Below, in pieces: positions 46,727 through 55,794 of a stretch of DNA of 64,000 nucleotides. The position numbers were made by a program, and so were the translations under genes. The DNA lies in the NCBI GenBank assembly GCA_026387335.1, contig JAPLLX010000001.1, positions 16,489 to 80,488 on the forward strand. The letters run 5' to 3'. Within the stretch, counting starts at the first letter, position 1; the number at the start of each line of letters is the position of its first letter. The stretch comes from Candidatus Omnitrophota bacterium (GTDB taxonomy: Bacteria; Omnitrophota; Gorgyraeia; Gygaellales; Profunditerraquicolaceae). The notes beneath the pieces were generated by a model. The model worked only from the letters and a program-made list of their open reading frames with translations, was not told the DNA's origin and made no database searches.

Positions 46727-46735
46727 CCCCCCCCC
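46727..46735 (+). repeat. homopolymeric C9 tract immediately after the stop codon and ~45 nt upstream of the pilus-operon promoter
   Basis: ccccccccc at 46727-46735. Confidence 0.9.
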
Positions 46736-46779
46736 AAGTAACTTCCGGTAAGTCCATCGTAGTCTAAGTAAGAAAACAC

Positions 46780-46808
46780 TTGACAATGTAAGTCTTTTAT
46801 GTTTTAAT
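46780..46808 (+). promoter_or_regulatory. sigma70-like promoter TTGACA-N17-TTTAAT for the pilus operon
   Basis: Perfect -35 TTGACA 46780-46785. TTTAAT 46803-46808. Confidence 0.45.
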
Positions 46809-46846
46809 TAAATCCATCGTTGTTTATTATAATATAAGAAAGGGCT

Positions 46847-47038
46847 ATGACTAGACTTATAGACATTGATGAATTAGCAGAATATCTTAAGCTCAAGAAG
46901 CAGACTATATATAACTGGTTGAGCCAGGGAAAGATCTCCGGTATTAAGGTGGGAGGAGTCTGGAGGTTTGACCGTAAAGATGTGGATAACTGGCTTCAGA
47001 GCAGTAAGCGCATGTCCAAGACAGGAGTAAACCAATGA
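46847..47038 (+). CDS. excisionase-family (HTH_17/MerR-like) DNA-binding protein, first gene of pilus operon
   Basis: LIDIDELAEYLKLKKQTIYNWLSQGKISGIKVGGVWRFDRKDVDNWL: classic Xis/AlpA-type HTH. Stop overlaps the pilM ATG (ATGA). Confidence 0.6.
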   Translation: MTRLIDIDELAEYLKLKKQTIYNWLSQGKISGIKVGGVWRFDRKDVDNWLQSSKRMSKTGVNQ

Positions 47039-48585
47039 GTGACCTGGGCATATATTTTGGGCCTAAGGCTATAGATGTTTCCGAGGTTAAGGCTAGAAAA
47101 CTGCTAAATTCTATCCAGATACCCCTCTTAGGGATTACCGGCAATGAATTAGATGAGAAAGTCCCTACCGAGATAAAACTGGTAGCTTCTTTTAATGACG
47201 CTTTTAGAAGAAACAAGATTGAAGCCAGGGAAGCAGCGCTTTGTCTTTCCGGAAAAGACCTGATTATCAGGACTTTTGAGATCCCGATATTACCTAAAGA
47301 TGAACAGCAGGGAGCCATAAACTTTGAAGCTAAGAAATACATACCGTTTAAGGTTGAAGAGCTCATCTCAGACTATCAAGTTGAGCTGGATAAGTTAAGC
47401 CGGACCAATATAGTGCTTTTCATGGGTATCAAGAAGGATACCTTTGATAAGTACTTCTCCATACTTAACCAGTTAAATATAAAGATAAGCTCAATAGAAT
47501 ATTCCGGTTTTAGCGTATTAAGAGTATTAAAACTGGCCGGGATCAGAGAAAACGGGGTGATGAGCATCTTGACTTTTGACTCTCAGGCCCAGGATGAAAT
47601 AAATTTCGCGGTTTTGGAAAACGGTTTTCCTTTATTTAGCCGCGATATAAATTTAACCAGCGGGCCTTCTGATCTGGACCAGATAGATGGGTCTTTCGCA
47701 GCGTTATCTATGGATAAATTGAAGGCGGAGATCCGCGTATCGCTGGATTATTACCACCGTAAATTTCCCGCTAAGCCCTTAAAAAATATCTTTGTTTTTG
47801 CTAACTCTGATTGGCGTAAAGAACTGGAGGCGTTTATAAATGAGTTAGGCCTGCCCGGTAAGTTCATTGATATCACTAGGATCGCCGGCAAGCCCATGGC
47901 CTTTTCTTCGGGGTTTGTAAAGAGCTATAGCGTAGCTATTGCTAAGAGCGTAGCTACTAAAATAAGGCTGGATTTAATTGAAAGTAAGACAAGGGTGGAT
48001 AAGCCGTCGGCTGCGGTAGGGCTGGCCCTGGCTGGTTTATTCAAAAAGATAAAAATAGATTTTCGTTTTCTGCTTATGGGGGTATTCATTTGCATCGCTG
48101 CCTTTGCTTACGGAGTTTCCCGGGAGGCGCCCTTAAAACAGGATCTGAATAAAATAATAAGCCAAAGGATAAAAGTCAGCGATATTCACTCCGATACTAG
48201 CTTCGAAATGTTAAATACAATCAGTCTAAAAGACAGGAAGACCTTGGAGAGTTTAGATAATCTTATCCGCAAGCAGTTGTATGTTACGGAAGTCCTGGAT
48301 ATTATCCCCCGCTTTATGCCGGATGGCATATGGCTCTCCAAATTTGCTTTAAATAAGAACGCAGGAGAGGGGCTGGAACTTACATTAGAAGGAATGAGCT
48401 ATTTAGGGGATAGTAACGATGAATTCCAGGCGGTAAATAAATTCTTCAACGTTTTAAAAGAGAATACGGTGTTTGCCAAATATTTTAAAGATATAAGCTT
48501 GGTATCCATAGATCGCGCCCAGTTTTCCGGCGCCACTGTAACTAAATTTTTGATGTCTTGCAAGACCTATAAAGAGAGAAAATAA
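47035..48585 (+). CDS. pilM: type IV pilus assembly protein PilM fused to PilN
   Basis: N-terminal ~340 aa actin-like PilM-type domain. Single TM (FRFLLMGVFICIAAFAYGV). C-terminal PilN-like periplasmic region (GIWLSKF...LELTLEGMS). Confidence 0.6.
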   Translation: MSDLGIYFGPKAIDVSEVKARKLLNSIQIPLLGITGNELDEKVPTEIKLVASFNDAFRRNKIEAREAALCLSGKDLIIRTFEIPILPKDEQQGAINFEAKKYIPFKVEELISDYQVELDKLSRTNIVLFMGIKKDTFDKYFSILNQLNIKISSIEYSGFSVLRVLKLAGIRENGVMSILTFDSQAQDEINFAVLENGFPLFSRDINLTSGPSDLDQIDGSFAALSMDKLKAEIRVSLDYYHRKFPAKPLKNIFVFANSDWRKELEAFINELGLPGKFIDITRIAGKPMAFSSGFVKSYSVAIAKSVATKIRLDLIESKTRVDKPSAAVGLALAGLFKKIKIDFRFLLMGVFICIAAFAYGVSREAPLKQDLNKIISQRIKVSDIHSDTSFEMLNTISLKDRKTLESLDNLIRKQLYVTEVLDIIPRFMPDGIWLSKFALNKNAGEGLELTLEGMSYLGDSNDEFQAVNKFFNVLKENTVFAKYFKDISLVSIDRAQFSGATVTKFLMSCKTYKERK

Positions 48586-48586
48586 G

Positions 48587-49105
48587 ATGGTGCAATTAGG
48601 GCAAATAGATAAATATAAGAATAAGATTATTAATTTAGTGATAATTCTTATTGCCCTGCTTATTGCCCTGAATATCTATAAAGATAGGCTCGCTCAGATT
48701 GAGTCCTTAAAAGTAAAGATAAGCGAAGAAGCGAAGAAAAACAACGAGTTGGAAAAGATAGCCCGAATGAAGCTAAAGATAAATTCCTATAAAGAATTAC
48801 TCACCAAGCGCGAGGCCAGCCTGGTTATGGCTGATTTAAGCGAAATCTCGAAAGGCGCGGAGGTGAAAGTTTTATCCGTTAAGCCGTATCAAAAAGAATC
48901 CGCAGGCGACTACAATAGAGAAGTCTTTGAAGTGAATATTAATGCGCCGTCTTATGACTCCTTGGGTAAGTTTATTAACGCGTTGGAATCTTATAAAAAC
49001 GTTTATATGGTTGACGGCATAGATATAAGCAGCCAGGGTGTCCTTAATAAAAAGGGCTTAACGGTTAATTTGCATATAAGTTCTGTTGCTCTAACGGACC
49101 AATGA
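48587..49105 (+). CDS. pilO: type IV pilus assembly protein PilO-like
   Basis: N-terminal TM, coiled-coil segment, then ferredoxin-like C-terminal region. Position between pilMN and pilP. Confidence 0.55.
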   Translation: MVQLGQIDKYKNKIINLVIILIALLIALNIYKDRLAQIESLKVKISEEAKKNNELEKIARMKLKINSYKELLTKREASLVMADLSEISKGAEVKVLSVKPYQKESAGDYNREVFEVNINAPSYDSLGKFINALESYKNVYMVDGIDISSQGVLNKKGLTVNLHISSVALTDQ

Positions 49106-49635
49106 AAAAGATGAATAAAATTCCTGGGTCAATTTTTATTTTATGCGCATTATTGATAGCAGGATTATTTTGTTCGGAATCTTTAGGCTCTATGCAATGG
49201 GATTATGATGCTTCCAAAGGGCCTGATGCAGGCTCGGCCAAGAATGTAGCGGTTAAGGATAGCGCTCTCCAGCAGGAGGCGGTCATCCGGCCTAAAGTTG
49301 AGTATAGGGCGCAGGGGTTAAAGGATCCTTTCCAGCCGCTGGTTATCGAAGAAGAGGCTGTCAACTCTGTAGTGGCCAGCCCGGTTAAAATAAAACAGTT
49401 GCCTGCTTTGACTATTCAGGGTTTAATCTGGGGAGGAGATTTTCCTCAGGCGATTATAAATAATAAAGTAGTAAAGATAGGAGACCAAATCGCAGACGCA
49501 GAAGTAGTAGCAATAGATAAAGAAGGGGTCATCTTGCTTTATGCCAACAAAAAATATAAATTGTCCTCTCCGGCCCTGATGGGCCCGCGGAAAGAAAAGC
49601 AAACAGAAGGAGGAAATAATGAGAAGTCAAATTAA
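49102..49635 (+). CDS. pilP: type IV pilus assembly lipoprotein PilP-like
   Basis: Signal/lipoprotein N-terminus. Conserved LKDPFQP motif characteristic of PilP. Position directly before secretin. Confidence 0.6.
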   Translation: MKKMNKIPGSIFILCALLIAGLFCSESLGSMQWDYDASKGPDAGSAKNVAVKDSALQQEAVIRPKVEYRAQGLKDPFQPLVIEEEAVNSVVASPVKIKQLPALTIQGLIWGGDFPQAIINNKVVKIGDQIADAEVVAIDKEGVILLYANKKYKLSSPALMGPRKEKQTEGGNNEKSN

Positions 49636-51172
49636 GTCAGTTGTTTTTATTTTCATTTTGCTCAGCCTTATTTTTGCCCACAGGGTAAGCGCCTCAGACG
49701 AGGCGTCTATTTTGAACGGTAGAGACTCGACCATCTCTATGGATTTACAGGATACGCCCCTAAAGAGCGTGCTGAAGCTTCTATCCATACAGTCGGGCTT
49801 AAATTTTATTGCTTCCGAGGGTCTCCAGGACAGGAGTATAACTTTGTATTTGGATAAGGTACCCTTGAAGGAGGCAATGGATAAGATATTCAAGGCGAAT
49901 AATCTCTCGTATGATTTAGACAAAGAGTCCAATATTTTCATTGTCAATGATTGGGGGAAGCCGACAACCCAGACCATAACTAAAGTTTTTTACTTAAAAC
50001 ATGCTACGGTTTCTTCTTCTTCATTGATGGAAGAGCTGAAAAACAATAAAGAAAACAATGCTACCAGTACTTCCAGCTATTCAACCAGTTCATCCAGTAG
50101 TTCTTCTTCAAGTACCACCGATAACGGCAAATGGAAAGTCGAAGAAGACGCGGGGATCACTCAGGTAGTAAAGAAGCTTTTATCAAAAGATGGTTCAGTA
50201 ATTGAGGATTTTCGCACCAACAGCCTTACGGTTACCGATACTCCTGGAAGGATTGAAGTTATCTCTCAGGTAATCGCCTCGTTGGATATTTCAATTCCGG
50301 AAGTCATGCTGGAAGTAGAGATGCTGGATGTAAGCAAAAATGTTGTGGATAAGTTAGGTTTTAAATTCGGCCAGACTCCCTTCTCAGTCGCCTTCACCGG
50401 CAGTACCGCGGCTGCCGGTTTTCCGTATCAGAGCTGGACAAAGATAATCGGAGGCGAAAGCTCTCTGGATGTAAACAACGCTAATACCGCCGGCGGCGCG
50501 TATAAAATACAGTTAGATTTTCTGCGCACACAGACAGACACCAAGTTTTTAGCTCGCCCCAGGATCATGACTCTGAATAACGAGACTGCCGAAATCAAGA
50601 TTACTTCTAATGAAACTATAGGTATAACCAGCATACAGCAGGGGCAGGGATCTGCGGCGTCCACTACTACCGAGGCGGAAAGGGCGGAGACAGGAGTAAG
50701 CTTAAGGGTTACTCCTCAAGTTGATGTGGAAGCCGGAGAAATTACGATGTTTATTATTCCTACGGTAAAAGATACCGCAGTCAGCTCCATTCCTATCGGC
50801 GGCACAGGCAGCAATTTTTATAAGGATCCGGAAGAGCGGACGACTAAGTCCACGGTGCGGGTTAAAGACGGAGAAACTGTTGTCCTGGGGGGCCTGATCC
50901 GCAACCAGAATACGACTATTGTTACCAAGCTGCCTATTTTAGGGGATATACCTTTATTGGGAATGCTCTTTAGGCATAAAGAACAGTCTCCGGGCAGAGA
51001 GCGCGAACTCTTGGTTTTTATAACCCCGCACATTATGAAAAACGTTAAGTCCGAGCCGACTCCGGTTAAGAAAAAAACAGTTCTCCCGTTAAGAGAACAG
51101 GCTAAATTTGTTCCTCTTACCCGGCAGCAGAACATTAGCGCCTATTTGAATAATTTTGATGCTAAGCGCTAA
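49619..51172 (+). CDS. pilQ: type IV pilus secretin PilQ
   Basis: Signal peptide. Secretin C-terminal domain (VVLGGLIRNQNTTIVTKLPILGDIPLLGMLFRHKEQSPGRERELLVFITPHI). Ser-rich low-complexity linker. Confidence 0.85.
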   Translation: MRSQIKSVVFIFILLSLIFAHRVSASDEASILNGRDSTISMDLQDTPLKSVLKLLSIQSGLNFIASEGLQDRSITLYLDKVPLKEAMDKIFKANNLSYDLDKESNIFIVNDWGKPTTQTITKVFYLKHATVSSSSLMEELKNNKENNATSTSSYSTSSSSSSSSSTTDNGKWKVEEDAGITQVVKKLLSKDGSVIEDFRTNSLTVTDTPGRIEVISQVIASLDISIPEVMLEVEMLDVSKNVVDKLGFKFGQTPFSVAFTGSTAAAGFPYQSWTKIIGGESSLDVNNANTAGGAYKIQLDFLRTQTDTKFLARPRIMTLNNETAEIKITSNETIGITSIQQGQGSAASTTTEAERAETGVSLRVTPQVDVEAGEITMFIIPTVKDTAVSSIPIGGTGSNFYKDPEERTTKSTVRVKDGETVVLGGLIRNQNTTIVTKLPILGDIPLLGMLFRHKEQSPGRERELLVFITPHIMKNVKSEPTPVKKKTVLPLREQAKFVPLTRQQNISAYLNNFDAKR

Positions 51173-51189
51173 ACTATACCCCGACATCT

Positions 51190-52923
51190 ATGTTGAATAA
51201 AGGAAGATACCTAAGGTTAGGCGAGCTTCTGGTCAAAGAAGGCTTACTTAACGAAGTCCAGCTGGAAAAAGCCATAGCCACTCAACGCCAGGAAGGCGGC
51301 AGGTTGGGTGAGGTATTGGTTAAGCTGGGCATTGTCAAAGAAGACCAGATGGTAGCGGTTTTAGGCAAGCAGCTGAATGTCCCCTATTTTTCGCTGGGCA
51401 CCGGGATGCTTAAACCCGCGGCAGACCAGGGCCTTGAGCGGCTTATCCCGCACGAGTTTGCCCTGAAGAATTCCATTCTGCCTTTGTCGCGCACTTTGCG
51501 TTCTTTAACCGTAGCTATGTCTGATCCGTTGGATCTGATCTTAATTGATAATTTAGGAAGGCTGACTAATTGCGAAATTAATCCGGTTATTGCCACAAAA
51601 TCCGATATTGTCAAGGCAATAGAAGATTTCTATGGTAAATCCGCGATGTTAAAACAAGCGGTAGACGCCAGCTATGATGTTTCTGCCGCTGACCTTGCCT
51701 CCGCGGCCACGACCGGGGAAGAAACGCCTGACCAGGAATTAAGTTTGGATAAATTAGTTGCCCGGGCCGAAGAAGCGCCGGTAGTAAAACTGGTGGATTT
51801 AATCATCAGACAGGCGATTGATGAGCGCGCTTCCGATATTCATATTGAGCCTTTTAATAATAAAATATCATTAAGATACCGTATTGACGGCAAATTGTAT
51901 GAAATACCTCCGCCGGCAAAACACCTGCATTTACCGATCATTTCGCGCATTAAAATTTTAGCCAAACTGGATATTGCCGAGAAACGTCTTCCTCAGGACG
52001 GAGCTTTTATGGTCAGGATCGGGGAAAGGCCCATAGATATCCGGGTTTCTTCAATACCTACGATATACGGAGAAAAAATCGCTATGCGGTTACTGGACCG
52101 CAGCCAGGTGGTCCTTGACCTTAACCAGTTGGGTTTTGATCTTAAACAGCTGGAGCTTATCCGTAAATGCATAAGTACTCCTTACGGTTTAATATTCCTG
52201 ACCGGGCCCACGGGTAGCGGCAAAACCACTACTTTGTACGCCATCTTAAATGAAATAAAGAGCCCCACTAAAAATATTGTTACAATTGAGGATCCTGTAG
52301 AGTATAAATTAGATGGGATTAATCAGGTGCAGATTAAGCCTGAAATAGGCCTGACTTTTGCTTCCGCCTTGCGCAGTTTCTTAAGGCAGGATCCTGATAT
52401 AATGCTGGTAGGAGAGGTGCGGGATTTAGAGACTGCCCAGATATGCGTACGTTCCGCTCTTACCGGGCGCCTGGTTTTAAGCACGCTACATACTAATGAT
52501 GCACCCACTGCCGTAAGCCGGCTTATGGATATAGGTATTGAGCCCTATATGCTTTCTTCGTCTCTAGTCGCGATAATATCCCAGCGTTTAGTAAGGAAAC
52601 TCTGTCCGGATTGTAAAGAGGCGTATGAATCCGGAGAGCAGGAGACCAAGAATATTAAATTAAAAGCAGAATTAATTTATAAGGCCAAAGGTTGCGCCAG
52701 CTGTAATAATACGGGCTATAAAGGCAGGATATGTATTTCCGAGATCATGATCCTGAATGAAGAACTGAAAAACCTGATCAGCCAAAGGGCTTCCTTCCAA
52801 AAGATAAGGGAGGTTGCCCGGGCTAACGGTATGCAGACTTTATACGAATCCGCGTTAAAAAAAGTAGAAGAAGGCTCGACTTCCCTGGAAGACGCGCTTT
52901 CGATTACTCTGGGGGCGGACTAA
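51190..52923 (+). CDS. pilB: type IV pilus assembly ATPase PilB (GspE family)
   Basis: N-terminal GspII_E domain. Walker A LTGPTGSGKTTTL. Asp box, His box, tetracysteine motif (CPDC...CASC). Confidence 0.9.
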   Translation: MLNKGRYLRLGELLVKEGLLNEVQLEKAIATQRQEGGRLGEVLVKLGIVKEDQMVAVLGKQLNVPYFSLGTGMLKPAADQGLERLIPHEFALKNSILPLSRTLRSLTVAMSDPLDLILIDNLGRLTNCEINPVIATKSDIVKAIEDFYGKSAMLKQAVDASYDVSAADLASAATTGEETPDQELSLDKLVARAEEAPVVKLVDLIIRQAIDERASDIHIEPFNNKISLRYRIDGKLYEIPPPAKHLHLPIISRIKILAKLDIAEKRLPQDGAFMVRIGERPIDIRVSSIPTIYGEKIAMRLLDRSQVVLDLNQLGFDLKQLELIRKCISTPYGLIFLTGPTGSGKTTTLYAILNEIKSPTKNIVTIEDPVEYKLDGINQVQIKPEIGLTFASALRSFLRQDPDIMLVGEVRDLETAQICVRSALTGRLVLSTLHTNDAPTAVSRLMDIGIEPYMLSSSLVAIISQRLVRKLCPDCKEAYESGEQETKNIKLKAELIYKAKGCASCNNTGYKGRICISEIMILNEELKNLISQRASFQKIREVARANGMQTLYESALKKVEEGSTSLEDALSITLGAD

Positions 52924-54167
52924 TGGCTAACTATTATTATATTGCCAGGAATAAGGCCGGAAATAAGATTAGCGGAGTTGAAGAAGGCTCGACCCAGGAT
53001 GAAGCGCTTAACCGGCTGCAGGCCAGAGGACTTGTGGTGGTGAGTATCTCTGTTGATGCGGGTAAAAATATCCCTACCCAGCCTGAAGCAAGCACGGGAG
53101 CAAAGGAAAAGGTCGGCTATAAACACAATAGGATTTCCGGGACGGATCTGACTCTTTTTTCCCGTCAGTTAGCCACGCTTTTGGGCGCCGGGGTAACTAT
53201 TCTAAAAAGCCTGAGTATTATCTCGCAGCAGGTCGCCAGTAAGCGTTTATACCTTGTGATTAAAGACTTGGAAAAAAATATGGAATCCGGTTTAAGCTTC
53301 CATGAGGCGATGGCTAAACACCCTGAGGTTTTTACTGAGCTTTGGATCCATCTGGTAGAGAGCGGAGAAGCCAGCGGTAACCTAGCGGTTGTTTTATCAC
53401 GCTTAGCCGGATACCTCGAGAGATACGCTTCTTTTAAGAAAAAAATTATATCCGCCCTGATTTATCCGGCGATACTATTTTGCGCCGGCATATTAGCGCT
53501 CTTGTTTATGACCATTAAGATCATTCCTACTTTTGCCGAAGTCTTCAGCGGTTTTAATATAAAACTGCCTTTTTTGACCCTTCTTTTGATTAGTGTAAGC
53601 AAGATCATTCGGGGGTATTTTTTGTTGATTATCGCGGTTTTAGTGGGAGCTATCTGGTTTTTCCGTAAGTTTATTTCGACTAAAAACGGCAAGAGGGCAT
53701 ATGAGGAATTCCTCTTGAAGTTGCCGGTCTTTGGAGAATTCTTTCATACTCTCATCATCGAGCGGTTCACTTCTGAGATGTCCACTCTTGTGGAAAGCGG
53801 GGTGCCCATACTTTATTCCCTGGAGATCGCGGAGCGCAGCGTGGATAACCTTGTTTTAGGGGAAATTGTCCGCAACATAAAGGATGATGTGCGGGAAGGA
53901 AAAGCTTTGGGTAAATCCCTGGAGAAGAGTAATTTTTTTGATCCGATGGCCGTGCAGATGATTAACATAGGAGAAGAAATCGGAGAATTATCCAACATGT
54001 TTAAGCGGCTGAATACATTTTATCAGGAATACCTGGATACGTTCCTGACCCGTTTTACCGCTATGTTTGAGCCGGTTATGCTGGTTTTTATCGGAGCGGT
54101 TATCGGCATAATGGTCATCGGGATGTTTTTGCCGATTTTTGAAATTTCTCAGATTGGCAGCAAGTAG
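52923..54167 (+). CDS. pilC: type IV pilus inner-membrane platform protein PilC (GspF family)
   Basis: Two GspF repeats with 3 TM helices. 414 aa. Confidence 0.9.
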   Translation: MANYYYIARNKAGNKISGVEEGSTQDEALNRLQARGLVVVSISVDAGKNIPTQPEASTGAKEKVGYKHNRISGTDLTLFSRQLATLLGAGVTILKSLSIISQQVASKRLYLVIKDLEKNMESGLSFHEAMAKHPEVFTELWIHLVESGEASGNLAVVLSRLAGYLERYASFKKKIISALIYPAILFCAGILALLFMTIKIIPTFAEVFSGFNIKLPFLTLLLISVSKIIRGYFLLIIAVLVGAIWFFRKFISTKNGKRAYEEFLLKLPVFGEFFHTLIIERFTSEMSTLVESGVPILYSLEIAERSVDNLVLGEIVRNIKDDVREGKALGKSLEKSNFFDPMAVQMINIGEEIGELSNMFKRLNTFYQEYLDTFLTRFTAMFEPVMLVFIGAVIGIMVIGMFLPIFEISQIGSK

Positions 54168-54174
54168 AAATGTT

Positions 54175-54203
54175 TTGTAATTCTTAAAAAATAGTATTAG
54201 AAT
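54175..54203 (+). promoter_or_regulatory. possible internal promoter TTGTAA-N17-TAGAAT upstream of the pilin gene block
   Basis: Located in the 86-nt pilC-pilin spacer. Confidence 0.3.
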
Positions 54204-54253
54204 ATAGGAGAGGGTGAGGTTAAAACAATAGCATAAAGAAGGGGGCGAGGAGA

Positions 54254-54646
54254 ATGAAAAAAAATAGGAAGGGTTTTACTTTAATCGAGTTGATTATTGT
54301 CGTCGTAATTGTAGGTATATTAGCCCTGGTCGCTATCCCGAGGTATTTCGCCAATATTGAGAAAGCCAGAAAAGCGGAAGCGCTTTCCAGTATGCGCTCT
54401 ATAAGAGAAGCGATAATGGGTTACTATGCCGCAAATAACGCTTATCCTACCGCGAATTCTTTCCCCATTACCGTAAATATTGACGGAGATGACGTAATGG
54501 TGGTAGAGCAGCCTTCTTCCACTAATTTTGCCTATAGCTACACTTCTACCGTGATTACAGCTGCGCATACAGGGGCAGGAGTCTGTACTTATACTATGAA
54601 TATCGCTTCCGGATCAATTGGTAAATCTCCCGCATCGTGCCCTTAG
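54254..54646 (+). CDS. type IV pilin-like protein (prepilin N-terminal cleavage/methylation domain), paralog 1
   Basis: MKKNRKG|FTLIELIIVVVIVGILA class III signal. C-terminal Cys pair (CTYT...SPASCP) forming a D-region loop. Confidence 0.8.
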   Translation: MKKNRKGFTLIELIIVVVIVGILALVAIPRYFANIEKARKAEALSSMRSIREAIMGYYAANNAYPTANSFPITVNIDGDDVMVVEQPSSTNFAYSYTSTVITAAHTGAGVCTYTMNIASGSIGKSPASCP

Positions 54647-54667
54647 TAGCTTAGGATATTTATAAAG

Positions 54668-55045
54668 ATGCCAAAACGGATTTATGCTTTTACGCTGATC
54701 GAATTAATTATCACGGTTGCAATCGTGTTGATTTTGGCGGGGTTTGCTTTAGTCAAGTATTCTAATGTTATTGAAAAGGCGCGCTCCGCAGAAGCCTACG
54801 CCGTATTAGCCGATATTGCTGCCGCGGAAAACGGTTATTATGTAGAGTATAATACTTATACTAATGTTTGGGCAAATCTGGATAGGTATAGTTCGGCACC
54901 GGTCAGCCAAAATTTTGATTTTTCTTCGGCTTTAAGCTCTTTGGGCAGTGGTTATGTACAGGCTACTCATGTTATCGGGACTCTAGACTATTATATGTGT
55001 ATAAAAGGAGGCGGCAAGGGGACAACTGCTCCGTCTTGCCCTTAA
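54668..55045 (+). CDS. type IV pilin-like protein, paralog 2 (Ala at -1)
   Basis: IYA|FTLIELIITVAIVLILA. C-terminal CIKGGGKGTTAPSCP. Confidence 0.75.
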   Translation: MPKRIYAFTLIELIITVAIVLILAGFALVKYSNVIEKARSAEAYAVLADIAAAENGYYVEYNTYTNVWANLDRYSSAPVSQNFDFSSALSSLGSGYVQATHVIGTLDYYMCIKGGGKGTTAPSCP

Positions 55046-55046
55046 G

Positions 55047-55463
55047 ATGAAGAAGAGAGGCGCCTTTACCCTGATTGAGCTTATTGTGGTAGTTGTAATA
55101 ATTATTACGCTGGCTTTAATAGCTATTCCCAGTTATAGCAAATCCAAGAACAGGGCAATACAAAAAGAAGCAATTTCCAACCTTAAGCTTATTGCGGCAG
55201 CGGAGAGAATATACAGGATGGAAAATAATGTTTATGTTGCCTGCAGTTGTTCTAGTCCTGCAGTTTGCGCCAATGCCACGACCGGATGCAACCCTTTGCT
55301 TAAACTTATGTTAAATAACGCTAACTGGTCCTATACCGTGACTGCTGCAGCCGGGACCAGCTGCGCAATTACGGCCGCGTCAACAGGCATAGGTTGCACC
55401 TATACTTTAAATAGCGCAGATTTTGACACCCTGGATTATTCAACGGCATCAGGCTGCAGTTAA
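55047..55463 (+). CDS. type IV pilin-like protein, paralog 3 (Ala at -1)
   Basis: KRGA|FTLIELIVVVVII. C-terminal Cys pair. Confidence 0.75.
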   Translation: MKKRGAFTLIELIVVVVIIITLALIAIPSYSKSKNRAIQKEAISNLKLIAAAERIYRMENNVYVACSCSSPAVCANATTGCNPLLKLMLNNANWSYTVTAAAGTSCAITAASTGIGCTYTLNSADFDTLDYSTASGCS

Positions 55464-55464
55464 C

Positions 55465-55794
55465 ATGAATAAAAGAGCCTTGACCCTGCTGGAAATTATT
55501 GTTTCTACGATTATCCTGGCTTTAGTTATGACGGGGTTGATTAATGTCATTGTAGCCGGCAGGCAGCTCCTCCAGCATAGCCGTAACCGTATGGGTGCGG
55601 GAGAAATAGGAAAGAGGTTTATTGATCCCCTCCAGAATCAGGTAAGACAGGACACCTGGAGCAGCAGTTGTTTCGGCACGGATAGCCTGACTAATTCCAT
55701 CAGCGGTATGTATACCGCTTCATATACTATCAACACGCATCCTTCCGACGCGCAGATCAAGAAAGTAAAGACCAAAGTAAGCTGGACAGAATAA
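55465..55794 (+). CDS. minor pilin / pseudopilin-like protein
   Basis: MNKRA|LTLLEIIVSTIILALV prepilin-like N-terminus. ATG 55465 overlaps the preceding stop. Confidence 0.5.
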   Translation: MNKRALTLLEIIVSTIILALVMTGLINVIVAGRQLLQHSRNRMGAGEIGKRFIDPLQNQVRQDTWSSSCFGTDSLTNSISGMYTASYTINTHPSDAQIKKVKTKVSWTE

